64,000 bases of DNA. Origin: Candidatus Bathyarchaeia archaeon. Its GTDB lineage: Archaea > Thermoproteota > Bathyarchaeia > 40CM-2-53-6. The stretch is from the NCBI GenBank assembly GCA_049513715.1, contig JBEKVV010000002.1:96001-160000 (forward strand). The letters are read 5' to 3'. This document shows, one piece after another, positions 49,795-58,610 of the stretch. The number at the start of each line of letters is the position of its first letter. The first letter of the stretch is position 1. A program made the position numbers and the translations under genes. The notes beneath the pieces are model-generated. The model saw nothing but the letters and a program-made list of their open reading frames with translations. It was not told the origin of the DNA and did no database searches.

Positions 49795-50254
49795 GATGAC
49801 CAGACAAGGTTTTTGGATTGCTCAAGAAGTAGCTGACACGAAGTACACCGCCGACCTAAGGCCACTTTTCAAGCTAGGCAAAGCGATTACAGAGAAGCAG
49901 CCTAAGACGCTCGTATCTGATGGTGCGATGAATTTCCATGTGGCATACAAAAGCGAGTTCCGCACAGCTAGGCTTGAGAACCGAACAGAACACATACGAC
50001 ACCTCAGACTCTAAGGCGATTACAATAACAACAAGATGGAGCGCATGAACGGGGAAATCCGAGACAGAGAACGAGTAATGCGAACCTTAGAAAGGAAAGA
50101 CACACCGATACTCACTGGTATCCAGATATTCCACAACTACATAAGACCGCACATGGCACTGAAAGGGAAACCCCCTGCGGAAGTTGCAGGAATCAAGGTT
50201 GAGGGGGAAAACAAGTGGCTCACGATAATTCAAGACGCAAGTCGAAACGGGTAG
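49795..50254 (+). pseudogene. IS6-like DDE transposase C-terminal remnant
   Basis: Closely parallels 52752-53215 (FWIAQEVADTKYTAD...KWLTIIQ); extra T near 49810 and in-frame TAA at 50012-50014. Confidence 0.92.
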
Positions 50255-50375
50255 TTCTCTCTCACTTCTTGTTTGTCGAACTATATACGTGCACTTGGTA
50301 ACTTATGAGGGGGTTGATCCTCGTTGCGTAAAGTCTAATTGCCATTATACAAATGTGCGTAATGTGCGTTGATAG

Positions 50376-50900
50376 TTGCCAGATGCTAAGCCTGTACCGT
50401 TGAAGACGCTTGACAAAGACGCAGAAACAGGCCTAATCGTCGAGAGCATTAGCGGCGAAAAGGTCGTTACATTCCGAACCAAAACCTTCCTGCAATTGAT
50501 GGATAGGCTCATGGAATTACTAGGGGGCACGGTTGGTGCCACTGTCCTTCATCAGATGGGTATCGACGTAGGTCGAAGCTTGTTCGGCTATTTGAAAGAC
50601 GAAGTGAAATCTGAAAGCGATCTGGCCAGTGCGATGGACATTGTGATGGCGGAAAGAGGTTGGGGAAGATGTAGGGCAATAGAGAAGCTTGAGATGAGAG
50701 GTTTAGCATACAGCATAAGAACCGAAGGCAATCCGATTTCTGGTACGCATGGGAAAAATGAGCCCATGTGCCACTTCATCCGAGGAAACTACACAGGCTT
50801 TCTTGAAGCATACCTACACAAGAAGGCAAAAACTAGCGAACAGGTCGCTTGCACAGCACTCGGCGCACCATATTGCACCTTTGAAATAACATTCGCTTAG
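50376..50900 (+). CDS. V4R-domain protein
   Basis: GWG, P.CHF.RG..G, C.A.G.PYC.F. Confidence 0.85.
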   Translation: MPDAKPVPLKTLDKDAETGLIVESISGEKVVTFRTKTFLQLMDRLMELLGGTVGATVLHQMGIDVGRSLFGYLKDEVKSESDLASAMDIVMAERGWGRCRAIEKLEMRGLAYSIRTEGNPISGTHGKNEPMCHFIRGNYTGFLEAYLHKKAKTSEQVACTALGAPYCTFEITFA

Positions 50901-51027
50901 TGGAAGATCGACAAGCTCACAATACTGGATGGCCCATCAACCGTGAAGGTAACGTTACCTTACGTAAGGTAACGTCACTTCTGCGTTTGGTGAAAGCATC
51001 TCGTAGCTGTGTAACAATTCGTTTGGT

Positions 51028-51513
51028 TCAGTAGCGTCTTTCGTAGCGAGAAAGTTTAATCTTCGCCTTGGCTGGCCTGAGAATTGTGCGTTGTATGCGT
51101 TCCCTGAAAGTTATGTCAAATTTCAAGAAGACTGAATCCCGACCCAGTACAGTATACGGTATAGCCTCTGGATTGACTGGGACGAAGACAGGCATGTCTG
51201 CGAAAGTTGCTATATTATTTCCCGCTTTCAAGACCTCGATGGTGAGGTTGAAAATCACTGTGTCGAACCCGCCGCCTGCACCTATAGATGGTGTTGCCTT
51301 TTTGGGGTCTATTTGGAGACCTAAGATTTCTGCTAGGTCTGTTGGGACGAATGTATTGGTCGCTCCTGAATCAACAAGACCTAAAGTTGTTAGACTTGCT
51401 GTTGCTGTCCTAAGTCTGACATGGAGAAGCGGAACCCTAAACGCTCGCTTAAGCAGGGGATGATAATATGAAAGATAACGATTTACTACAGCACCTTTGA
51501 AAAGAGAGGACAA
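51028..51513 (-). CDS. Retropepsin-like aspartyl protease
   Basis: LVDSGAT, A..LGL, VLGRD. Confidence 0.85.
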   Translation of the reverse strand: MSSLFKGAVVNRYLSYYHPLLKRAFRVPLLHVRLRTATASLTTLGLVDSGATNTFVPTDLAEILGLQIDPKKATPSIGAGGGFDTVIFNLTIEVLKAGNNIATFADMPVFVPVNPEAIPYTVLGRDSVFLKFDITFRERIQRTILRPAKAKIKLSRYERRY

Positions 51514-51519
51514 GTTAGG

Positions 51520-51714
51520 TTACAGCAGCATTACGGTGTCGGACGGAATTTTCATAACGAATGGCTCCTTGTCTGGATACCTTCGTTTGGCTTCCGCGAA
51601 CACTTCTTTTCCGCTGTCACCAGATGCAACAAGTTCCTTGCCAACGAGCGCAATCCATTTGCCTACATACTCGCGTAGATCGCCCATTGACATTAGGTAG
51701 TTCAAATAGTCCAT
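51520..51714 (-). CDS. DUF5678-like small protein
   Basis: Y.GKWIAL....VASG......A...YP...P....IP. Confidence 0.85.
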   Translation of the reverse strand: MDYLNYLMSMGDLREYVGKWIALVGKELVASGDSGKEVFAEAKRRYPDKEPFVMKIPSDTVMLL

Positions 51715-51784
51715 TTTTCTCTACTCCTGAAAAATAACAACTGTACATTTAACCCTGTTGTTCGCCTATCCAATGTTACAGTCG

Positions 51785-51982
51785 TTAATCCTCTTTCCTT
51801 CTAACAGTTTTAGACGGGTCGGCGCTAATCCAGAGAACAATGGCTTCCTCGACAGCTTCCGAGATGTTGCCTTTTTTCATGCCTTTACGCTTGAAAACCT
51901 CTTCTTTGAACCGCTTTTCTCTGTCTGCTGGCAAATACACATCTATTCGAGATTTGCCTTTTGGGACGCTTGGAGACACCAT
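51785..51982 (-). CDS. Ribbon-helix-helix DNA-binding protein
   Basis: RIDVYLP...KRFKEEV......KGNISEAVEEAI.LW; divergent from the transposase. Confidence 0.8.
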   Translation of the reverse strand: MVSPSVPKGKSRIDVYLPADREKRFKEEVFKRKGMKKGNISEAVEEAIVLWISADPSKTVRRKED

Positions 51983-52090
51983 CTAGCCCTCAGAAAGCAT
52001 ATAGACACATTACCACTTATAACCTTTACCCCCTTACCACCAGCTTTATCTAGGAAAGAGGCGTATAGGTGTTTAAGTGGTAAACCACCA

Positions 52091-53215
52091 ATGCAAGTCC
52101 TCAGAACTCGTGAAGAAAGGGGCCGAATAATTGCCGAAAAGTCTAACCAAATTGTTCGATTGGATGAACGGTTCTACCGTGTAACTTCTCAGTCTGGCAA
52201 TGGAATGTATGATGTGACCAAGCGCAAGGTCGGTGGATGGTTATGTACTTGCCCCGACTTCGAGTTTCGTAACGTTCAATGTAAGCACGTTTGGGCTGTC
52301 CAATTCAGCCTAGCCGTAAGGAAAGAGGTCGAGGCTAGAGTCATTGAGCCAATAACAGACATACACGCTTGCCTATTCTGCAAATCCGAGAACATAATTC
52401 GCTGGGGCTTACGCCACAACAAGTACGGCGACATTCAGAAATTCTCCTGCAAATCATGTGGCAAATTCTTCACGATCAATCTAGGCTTTGAGAAGATGAA
52501 GCACAGCCCTCAAGCGATAACGACAGCCATGCAACTATACTTCTCAGGCGAAAGTCTACGGAATACGGCTAGATCGCTACGCTTGATTGGAGCGCAAGTG
52601 AGCCATCAGACAATCTACAGGTGGATAGCCAAGTACACGACATTGATGGAGAAATATCTGGACAAGATTACGCCTCAAGTCTCGGACACTTGGGCCACAG
52701 ACGAATTATTTCTGAAGATTAAGGGGAACATGAAGTATCTCTACGCTATGATGGATGAGCAAACACGGTTTTGGATAGCTCAAGAGGTTGCGGATACGAA
52801 ATACACGGCTGACGTTCGACCACTATTCCAACTCGCCAAGCAAATCGCAGGCAAGCAACCAAAGACGCTCGTCTCTGACGGTGCGGCCAATTTCCATGAA
52901 GCATACCTGAAAGAGTTCCGCACAGCCAAACTTGAGAACAGAACCGAACACATACGACACATCAGACTAGCAGGAGATTACAACAATAACAAGATGGAGC
53001 GCATGAACGGGGAAATCAGAGACCGAGAAAAAGTGATGCGGGGCTTAGAAATCAAAGACAGCCCAATACTCAAGGGCGTACAAATCTACCATAACTTTGT
53101 GAAGCCGCACATGGCACTAGACAACAGAACACCCGCTCAAGCAGCGGGAATAGAAGTCAAGGGCAAAGACAAATGGCTAACAATCATACAGAACGCTAGT
53201 CAAGAGAAAACCTAA
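52091..53215 (+). CDS. IS6-like DDE transposase with N-terminal SWIM and CxxC zinc fingers
   Basis: CTCPDF..CKH (SWIM), CLFC..CKSC, HTH VSHQTIYRW, W.TDE, SDG, NN.MER. Confidence 0.92.
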   Translation: MQVLRTREERGRIIAEKSNQIVRLDERFYRVTSQSGNGMYDVTKRKVGGWLCTCPDFEFRNVQCKHVWAVQFSLAVRKEVEARVIEPITDIHACLFCKSENIIRWGLRHNKYGDIQKFSCKSCGKFFTINLGFEKMKHSPQAITTAMQLYFSGESLRNTARSLRLIGAQVSHQTIYRWIAKYTTLMEKYLDKITPQVSDTWATDELFLKIKGNMKYLYAMMDEQTRFWIAQEVADTKYTADVRPLFQLAKQIAGKQPKTLVSDGAANFHEAYLKEFRTAKLENRTEHIRHIRLAGDYNNNKMERMNGEIRDREKVMRGLEIKDSPILKGVQIYHNFVKPHMALDNRTPAQAAGIEVKGKDKWLTIIQNASQEKT

Positions 53216-53246
53216 TCCCAGTTCTCGATAAACTTAGGAAGTCTTG

Positions 53247-53480
53247 TCAAGTCTTGTTCGGCGACTTGAGGAGAGCTATCCAGTCAAGCGCCCTCTTCTT
53301 CACCTCACCAACCGAGGCTTTTTCACCGATTTCGATTAACGCAGGTATAGCAGTTACACCAAATGCGGCGACAGCGTTAACTGCTGATACTCTAGCTTCA
53401 TAATCTGCCCATTTCGCATACGTAGGCATAGATTGTAGAGCTACCCCCTTCAGTCTATCTATCTGCTCCTTCTCTGACAA
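53247..53480 (-). CDS. Small HEAT-repeat-like protein (transposon cargo)
   Basis: R.SAV.AV..FG..AIPAL.E......VK..AL. Confidence 0.6.
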   Translation of the reverse strand: MSEKEQIDRLKGVALQSMPTYAKWADYEARVSAVNAVAAFGVTAIPALIEIGEKASVGEVKKRALDWIALLKSPNKT

Positions 53481-53679
53481 TGCTGAGCACTTCCTCTATC
53501 CCTTTTCTATATGGATGATTCATGTACCATGCCAGAAAAGCCTTTGCGTCATTTCCATCCATTTTGAGTATGATCTCGAAGAAGCCAAGCTCGTTCCGTA
53601 GATGCCTCGTCACACGCCATCTTAACCACCGATTTACAAACGCTCTACGCCACCGACCAAACGGTTTGTTACAGCCCAA
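53455..53679 (-). CDS. Hypothetical protein (transposon cargo)
   Basis: ORF overlapping the HEAT-like gene; no recognisable motif. Confidence 0.35.
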   Translation of the reverse strand: MGCNKPFGRWRRAFVNRWLRWRVTRHLRNELGFFEIILKMDGNDAKAFLAWYMNHPYRKGIEEVLSIVREGADR

Positions 53680-53709
53680 AAAAATCGGTCTACCAAACTA
53701 AGACGTTAC

Positions 53710-53756
53710 GTTACCTTACGTAACAAAATTTATATCTGTCTGTTACTAATGGTAAC
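53710..53756 (+). promoter_or_regulatory. hsp20 promoter with GTTAC-N5-GTAAC palindromes on both sides of the TATA box
   Basis: AAAA-TTTATA at ~53725-53734; GTTACcttacGTAAC 53710-53724 and GTTACtaatgGTAAC 53742-53756. Confidence 0.65.
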
Positions 53757-53777
53757 AAAGTGTAAGTGAGGTGAAGC

Positions 53778-54395
53778 ATGAAAATGTCATCAGACGATGA
53801 GTTCTTCCCCGATTGGTTTAGGTCGCGCCGTGGGCGCAGGTCGCCGTTCGGTTGGATGGACCGTTGGTCAAGTGGTTTCGACGAAGTGTTCGAGCGCATG
53901 TTCCAAGACATGGCTAAAGGCATGCCCAAAGACTTCATGAACGAAAAGAAACTTCCAGACGGGTCCACCGTTCGCCAATTCGGCCCCTTCGTGTACGGTT
54001 ACTCTATGACCATGGGCCCAGACGGGAAACCCATAATCCAAGAATTCGGCAACGTCAAACCATCCAAACGGCCAGGCGCATTCGGCATCGAGCAACCCGC
54101 CCTAGAGCCGGCAGAGGCCAGAGAGCCATTGGTCGACGTGATCAATGAGGCCGAACAAGTGCGCGTTCTCACTGAGCTGCCAGGCGTAGAGAAATCCGAC
54201 ATCAAGACCAGCATAGCCGAAGACACGCTAACCATCAAAGTGGACTCAGCGGCCCACAAGTACTACAAGGAAGTCCATCTCCCATCAAGCGTTGACCCCG
54301 ACAGCTCCAAAGCGTCCTACAACAACGGCGTCCTAGAAATCATACTCCGAAAGACGCACCCAAAGCCTCGGGGCAGAGAAATCAAAATCGACTAG
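53778..54395 (+). CDS. hsp20: Archaeal small heat-shock protein Hsp20
   Basis: GPFVYGYSMT.GPDGKP.I.EFGN, REPLVDV, ELPGV.K, Y.NGVLEI. Confidence 0.96.
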   Translation: MKMSSDDEFFPDWFRSRRGRRSPFGWMDRWSSGFDEVFERMFQDMAKGMPKDFMNEKKLPDGSTVRQFGPFVYGYSMTMGPDGKPIIQEFGNVKPSKRPGAFGIEQPALEPAEAREPLVDVINEAEQVRVLTELPGVEKSDIKTSIAEDTLTIKVDSAAHKYYKEVHLPSSVDPDSSKASYNNGVLEIILRKTHPKPRGREIKID

Positions 54396-54430
54396 GAGAG
54401 CAGCGCCTCTCCAGCCCCCCTTCTTTTCTT
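54395..54430 (+). terminator. Hairpin plus pyrimidine tract after hsp20
   Basis: GGAGAG-N6-CTCTCC then TTCTTTTCTT. Confidence 0.55.
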
Positions 54431-54540
54431 GCGTTTCTATCGTCCCAGCTGCAATTGATGTTACCTCGTTTTGAGAACGAACGTTGAATGTTAGAGAAAA
54501 AAGAGGATTGGAGTGCCTGTTGGCTCTGGCTCTAGTTGTT

Positions 54541-54933
54541 CTACTTCTTGGGTTTTAGAGCGGCGGATCCTACGATTCCAACCAAACCAAGAAGTGCGGT
54601 AACTCCACCGATGGACTCCATTACTAAACCATGCGGTTGCATTATTGGGAACAATGGGCCGCCAGGTGCGAGAAGGGCGAAAACGATGCCCAGTACGACG
54701 CTTAACACTGAGATTCCTACAGTCACTTTGCTAACCTTCTTGTATACCGCAAGACCGCTGAGGCCGAAAAATATCGCGAATGCTCCTCCGATGTAGTGTG
54801 TATTGGCGTGCGCCTCAACAGACATCATGTCGCCCTCCATCACTGGCACATAGAGCGGCCCAGCAGGAGAGAAAAGGTAAATGATGATCCCGGCTAGGAG
54901 CACACCGATTGCCAAATCATTTCTCGATACCAT
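54541..54933 (-). CDS. 4-TM membrane protein with internal repeat
   Basis: P.GPL..P.M..H....IGG repeated twice. Confidence 0.7.
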   Translation of the reverse strand: MVSRNDLAIGVLLAGIIIYLFSPAGPLYVPVMEGDMMSVEAHANTHYIGGAFAIFFGLSGLAVYKKVSKVTVGISVLSVVLGIVFALLAPGGPLFPIMQPHGLVMESIGGVTALLGLVGIVGSAALKPKK

Positions 54934-55003
54934 GTGAAATCAGCCCTAACCGTAGCAATTCCGCGGTGTTGAATAATCAAACTCGAGCTCTGCGACCCAA
55001 GAT

Positions 55004-55474
55004 TCAGAGTTTGCTCAGGGCAGCCTTGATTTCCTCGTAGTTCGGCTCTCTACCTGGGTCCTCGGAGGTCCATTTGTAACGTACTACCCCTTGTTCGTCG
55101 AGAATGAATACGGACCGCTTTGCAACAGTGTACCCCTTCAACCCTGCGAAGTCGTTGTGGAAGAGGTTGAATTTCCTAACGGTTTCCCTCGAATAGTCGC
55201 AAAGGAGAGGGAAGGTCAGTTTGTTCATGTCGGCGAAAGCTTTGTTCGTCCATGGATCGTTCACACTAATTCCCACAACCTGGGCGTTTAGAGCTGTGAA
55301 GCCCTTCAACGAATCCCGAAAGCTGCACATTTCGCGCGTGCATACCCCCGTGAAGGCGCCCGGGAAGAACGCCAGCACAGTCTTCTTCCCAAGGAAATCT
55401 TTCAACGAGCGCTGATTCTTATCCTGGTCAGGTAATTGAAAATCAGGCGGCTTCTGCCCTTCACTCACAGACAT
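55004..55474 (-). CDS. Peroxiredoxin (BCP/AhpE-like)
   Basis: FFPGAFTGVCTREMC, KRSVFILD. Confidence 0.92.
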   Translation of the reverse strand: MSVSEGQKPPDFQLPDQDKNQRSLKDFLGKKTVLAFFPGAFTGVCTREMCSFRDSLKGFTALNAQVVGISVNDPWTNKAFADMNKLTFPLLCDYSRETVRKFNLFHNDFAGLKGYTVAKRSVFILDEQGVVRYKWTSEDPGREPNYEEIKAALSKL

Positions 55475-55545
55475 TTCTGACTCACAGTCATAGCGAAAGT
55501 ATACCTGGAATTAACTGTTACTCGGAATCTGCCAAGATCCATTGG

Positions 55546-55863
55546 TCACTTACTCTGAATTGTTACTTCGAAATTTCTTCCAATCTTAAGTTCGTGCCAG
55601 TCTCTGTCATGGGATACGTCGCGCATGCTTCGAATCCGGATTAGGTCCTTCGTGGATTCACCTTCATCAACCAATCTGAGATCAATGGCTCCGTCGTAGG
55701 CGGCTTCTAGCTGCTTATATGCCCACTCGCTGTGTACCCCTCTTAGTACGCCGTCTATGCTTGTAGATTTGCGCGTGTAGGATGAGGGAATCGCTCTGGT
55801 AAGGGCGAATTCTATCCATGCCCTTTCATCGTTGAATCGGGCTTGGGCTGAAGCATTATCCAT
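55546..55863 (-). pseudogene. C-terminal fragment of a RAD55/KaiC-like ATPase
   Basis: LRIMDN, GVHSE..Y..LE...DG.IDL, IRIRSMR; no Walker A, in-frame TAG just upstream. Confidence 0.65.
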
Positions 55864-55958
55864 GATTCGGAGGTTGCGCTATTCCCATCAGCGCCGGGCT
55901 CTGCACACGATGACAAAGAATTCCGATACGATGTCGGTTGCGACATGAGTCGCCTAAT

Positions 55959-56516
55959 TCATTCTTCTAATTTGGAAGAGAATGACTCTGAGATTGTTGG
56001 GTTTGAACTGGCACGACGAATTAGCTCAATTCTGTCTCCGGCTCCTAGATCACCTTCTTTTACAACAGAAAGGTAGAACCCACAACGGCCGCTTGCCTGA
56101 AATCTCCTAACCATTTCCATTGTTTCGAATTTGACCCCTAGCTTGTAACATGGAAAACGGGGTTGTGTAATCTCCATACTGGCCGTGCCGATACTAAACT
56201 CATCTCCGATACGTACGCTGTTTTCCAGAAGTCCTTGTGTTGTCAAGTTCTCACCAAACATTCCCCAAGGTAAGGCCTCACGACCCAACTCTACTTTCCA
56301 GTAGGCGTAGTGTTCTGAGGGATACGCGTAGACTGCCTTCATGGGTCCCCCATGAACCGTAGGGTCGGCCTGTTCATCACCCTCCACCCCTAGCCTCCGC
56401 ACCTTTACCCGACCGGCGACCGGTTCTTTGAAGATGCCAGTAGTCACGTTCCGGTCTTGCCCGTGAACCTTCCCAGCTTTTCCCACATTAACGGAGACAA
56501 CAAATCCGTCGATCAC
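55959..56516 (-). CDS. MOSC-domain (YiiM-like) protein
   Basis: GDEQAD..VHGG..KAVYAY, FGENLT, QPR.PCYKL. Confidence 0.92.
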   Translation of the reverse strand: MIDGFVVSVNVGKAGKVHGQDRNVTTGIFKEPVAGRVKVRRLGVEGDEQADPTVHGGPMKAVYAYPSEHYAYWKVELGREALPWGMFGENLTTQGLLENSVRIGDEFSIGTASMEITQPRFPCYKLGVKFETMEMVRRFQASGRCGFYLSVVKEGDLGAGDRIELIRRASSNPTISESFSSKLEE

Positions 56517-56615
56517 GAGTGGTAACCTAACCTCGGCATGTTGCTAGAAGGTTGACTTGTGCCGTTCCATCTGGACAGCTTTGCATTTTCGTGGTTGTGG
56601 CAATTCGCAGCACAG

Positions 56616-57026
56616 TTAGGGAGGCGTTGTTTGACCTGGTGCGGGTAGCCCCTTGAAGGTTGGGTCAATCTTTGCTACCAGACTCCACGGGAGGATCCAA
56701 GGGTTCTGAATCTCTCCGCTGACTTGAATTTTCTTGGCGTTCAATGCGTCAATGAGCTCCCTCAACCCTCCGCAGATGGGATTAACGTAGTCCTTGTGAG
56801 GGCCTGTCGCGATTGCCTCCAGGTTCACGAATCTCACGGACTGCGGGCTAGCCTTCTCTATCTCGTCCAACAGGCTCTTGACGAATTTCTTCTCAACCGC
56901 GTCAAACACCTGACCAGGGAGCATGTGGTGAAGCTGCGCCGTAGGCTGAGTGGCTTCGAAGTTGTACTGCTCGAGCAACTTGTTCACAGCAACGCCGTCG
57001 ATCACGTACTCGTTCGCTTGGGACAC
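56616..57026 (-). CDS. Hypothetical protein
   Basis: Plausible composition from GTG 57026 (VSQANE...). Confidence 0.55.
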   Translation of the reverse strand: MSQANEYVIDGVAVNKLLEQYNFEATQPTAQLHHMLPGQVFDAVEKKFVKSLLDEIEKASPQSVRFVNLEAIATGPHKDYVNPICGGLRELIDALNAKKIQVSGEIQNPWILPWSLVAKIDPTFKGLPAPGQTTPP

Positions 57027-57188
57027 AAAGACACCCGACCGAATTACGGACCCGCCTACACACAAAATCACCGTAATAGACGTTTTCCAGTGGCCAGAGC
57101 GATAAAGTGCGAAAGGAGCTAAACATTGTAATGTCCCAATCCATGAAAGTGGAATACGCATAATTCAGTCTCCTGAGATGTAGAGAGC

Positions 57189-57770
57189 ATGCGCTTCCTC
57201 GTAAGACTCGAAAACAAACAGTATTCCCCCGCCGACAAGAGGCGGCTCACTATGGTCGCATACAACGTAGTCAAAGGCCTCGGGGCTGATATCGGAAACC
57301 TTCGCGTCAGCAAATCCGCTATAGAACTCGATCTCTTGCTGGAATCCGAAGCGAACCTAAAGGATGCGATGGTGTTTCTGGAGAAAAACATAGGCCCAGC
57401 GGTTACTCTGAGAAAATTGGATGTTGAAGGCCCGGAAATTGGTGAACGAGAAGCTGTCAGGCTTGGGCTTGAGTTGTTCAATGGGGAACGGTACTGGGAG
57501 AGCCACGAAGCACTTGAGGTAGCTTGGAGGAAGGCCTCAGGTACCGAAAAGGAAATCCTTCAAGGCATAATTCTCTTAGCCGCGGCACTGGTTCACCTTC
57601 AGAAGGACGAGCCCGACATAGCACTGTCCGTGATGAGGCGCGCCCAAGAAAAATTGGAACGCCATGCAGGGAATTATGGCGGAGTGGACCTCGATACGAT
57701 CAAGTCGCAGGTCAGTGTAATGCTTGCCGCTTCTCAACCGAAGTTCTTCAAGATCGACCTTGGTGCGTGA
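57189..57770 (+). CDS. DUF309-domain protein
   Basis: LFN..RYWESHE.LE..W, LQG.I.LAAALVH. Confidence 0.88.
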   Translation: MRFLVRLENKQYSPADKRRLTMVAYNVVKGLGADIGNLRVSKSAIELDLLLESEANLKDAMVFLEKNIGPAVTLRKLDVEGPEIGEREAVRLGLELFNGERYWESHEALEVAWRKASGTEKEILQGIILLAAALVHLQKDEPDIALSVMRRAQEKLERHAGNYGGVDLDTIKSQVSVMLAASQPKFFKIDLGA

Positions 57771-57775
57771 CTGGT

Positions 57776-58315
57776 TTATCGCGCTCGAGTGTAGTCCAGC
57801 GCGCGAAAGAGTCCGCACACAGTTTTAGCATCATGTATCTCGCCAGATCGCACTTTGTCCAATGCGAGAGTGATGGGCAGTACCTCAACCTTGATGTGCT
57901 CGTCTTCCTCAGTTTTCTTCACAGACTGCTGGAGCTTCTTCGCGAGGTAGAAGTGAATCTTCTCGCTGCTATAGCCCGGCGCAACATAACACTCTAGGAT
58001 CTTGCTTAGTTCGTTGCACTTGTAACCCGTTTCCTCCTCTAGTTCACGTCTAGCGCAGATTTCAGGTTCCTCACCGATCTCTAATGTTCCAGCGGGGATC
58101 TCCAGCAAATCCGAGCCTATTGCATACCGGTACTGCCGGACAAGAACGACCTTGTCATCATTCAGGATCGGGACGATTGCAGCTGCGCCGCGATGTTCGA
58201 CTACTTCACGTACAGTTGCCCGACCATTCTCCAATGAAACCTGGTCAACTCGCAGGTTCAGAATTCGCCCCTCGTAGAGCCTAGAAGAGGATGTGCGCTT
58301 CTCCAATTTGACCAA
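57776..58315 (-). CDS. NUDIX hydrolase (ADP-ribose pyrophosphatase-like)
   Basis: REVVEH.GA, QYRY, EIPAG.....E.P...A.RELEEETG, DAKT. Confidence 0.93.
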   Translation of the reverse strand: MVKLEKRTSSSRLYEGRILNLRVDQVSLENGRATVREVVEHRGAAAIVPILNDDKVVLVRQYRYAIGSDLLEIPAGTLEIGEEPEICARRELEEETGYKCNELSKILECYVAPGYSSEKIHFYLAKKLQQSVKKTEEDEHIKVEVLPITLALDKVRSGEIHDAKTVCGLFRALDYTRAR

Positions 58316-58610
58316 CTGACTTTGAGGCTGTGCCCGCCATAAGAGACGTTCGGCGGTTTCAAGTTCCAGTCTTGAAGAGAGCGGCGAATCGCAGTTGCGA
58401 CACTGGTGCACCCAAACCCGCCTTGTCATCGGATTCACGGAGAAGGTAACTCACCAAAGCTTGAGTCGCTAGGGTTCCAGAGTGTGTATGATTCTGACGG
58501 TATCGTCATACGTTTTCCAGCCAGCTCGAATAAATCAGAGGCGAATTGCGGTTTGGTACTGTTTTTATGGACAACGCCTTACTGGTAGCAACAATAGGAT
58601 TCGTTAACAA

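Larger units (their letters stand above)
49795..50959 (+). mobile_element. Left-truncated IS6-like transposon (transposase remnant + V4R cargo + right TIR)
   Basis: Right TIR 50936-50959 (revcomp GGTAACGTTACCTTCACGGTTGAT) fits the family consensus and is followed by TTACGTAA. Confidence 0.8.
50968..53715 (+). mobile_element. Intact IS6-like cargo transposon (2748 bp)
   Basis: 24-bp TIRs GGTAACGTCACTTCTGCGTTTGGT / revcomp GGTAACGTAACGTCTTAGTTTGGT (20/24); TSD TTACGTAA at 50960-50967 and 53716-53723; intact transposase inside. Confidence 0.93.

Noticed and set aside
51758..52090. N-terminal extension of transposase in the ORF track
   Set aside because: Overlaps an antisense RHH gene; recognisable domains begin at ATG 52091.
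55932..55941. TGTCGGTTGC matching the inner TIR near the truncated KaiC-like gene
   Set aside because: Lacks the GGTAACGT terminus; explained as part of a local ATGTCG/CGACAT hairpin.
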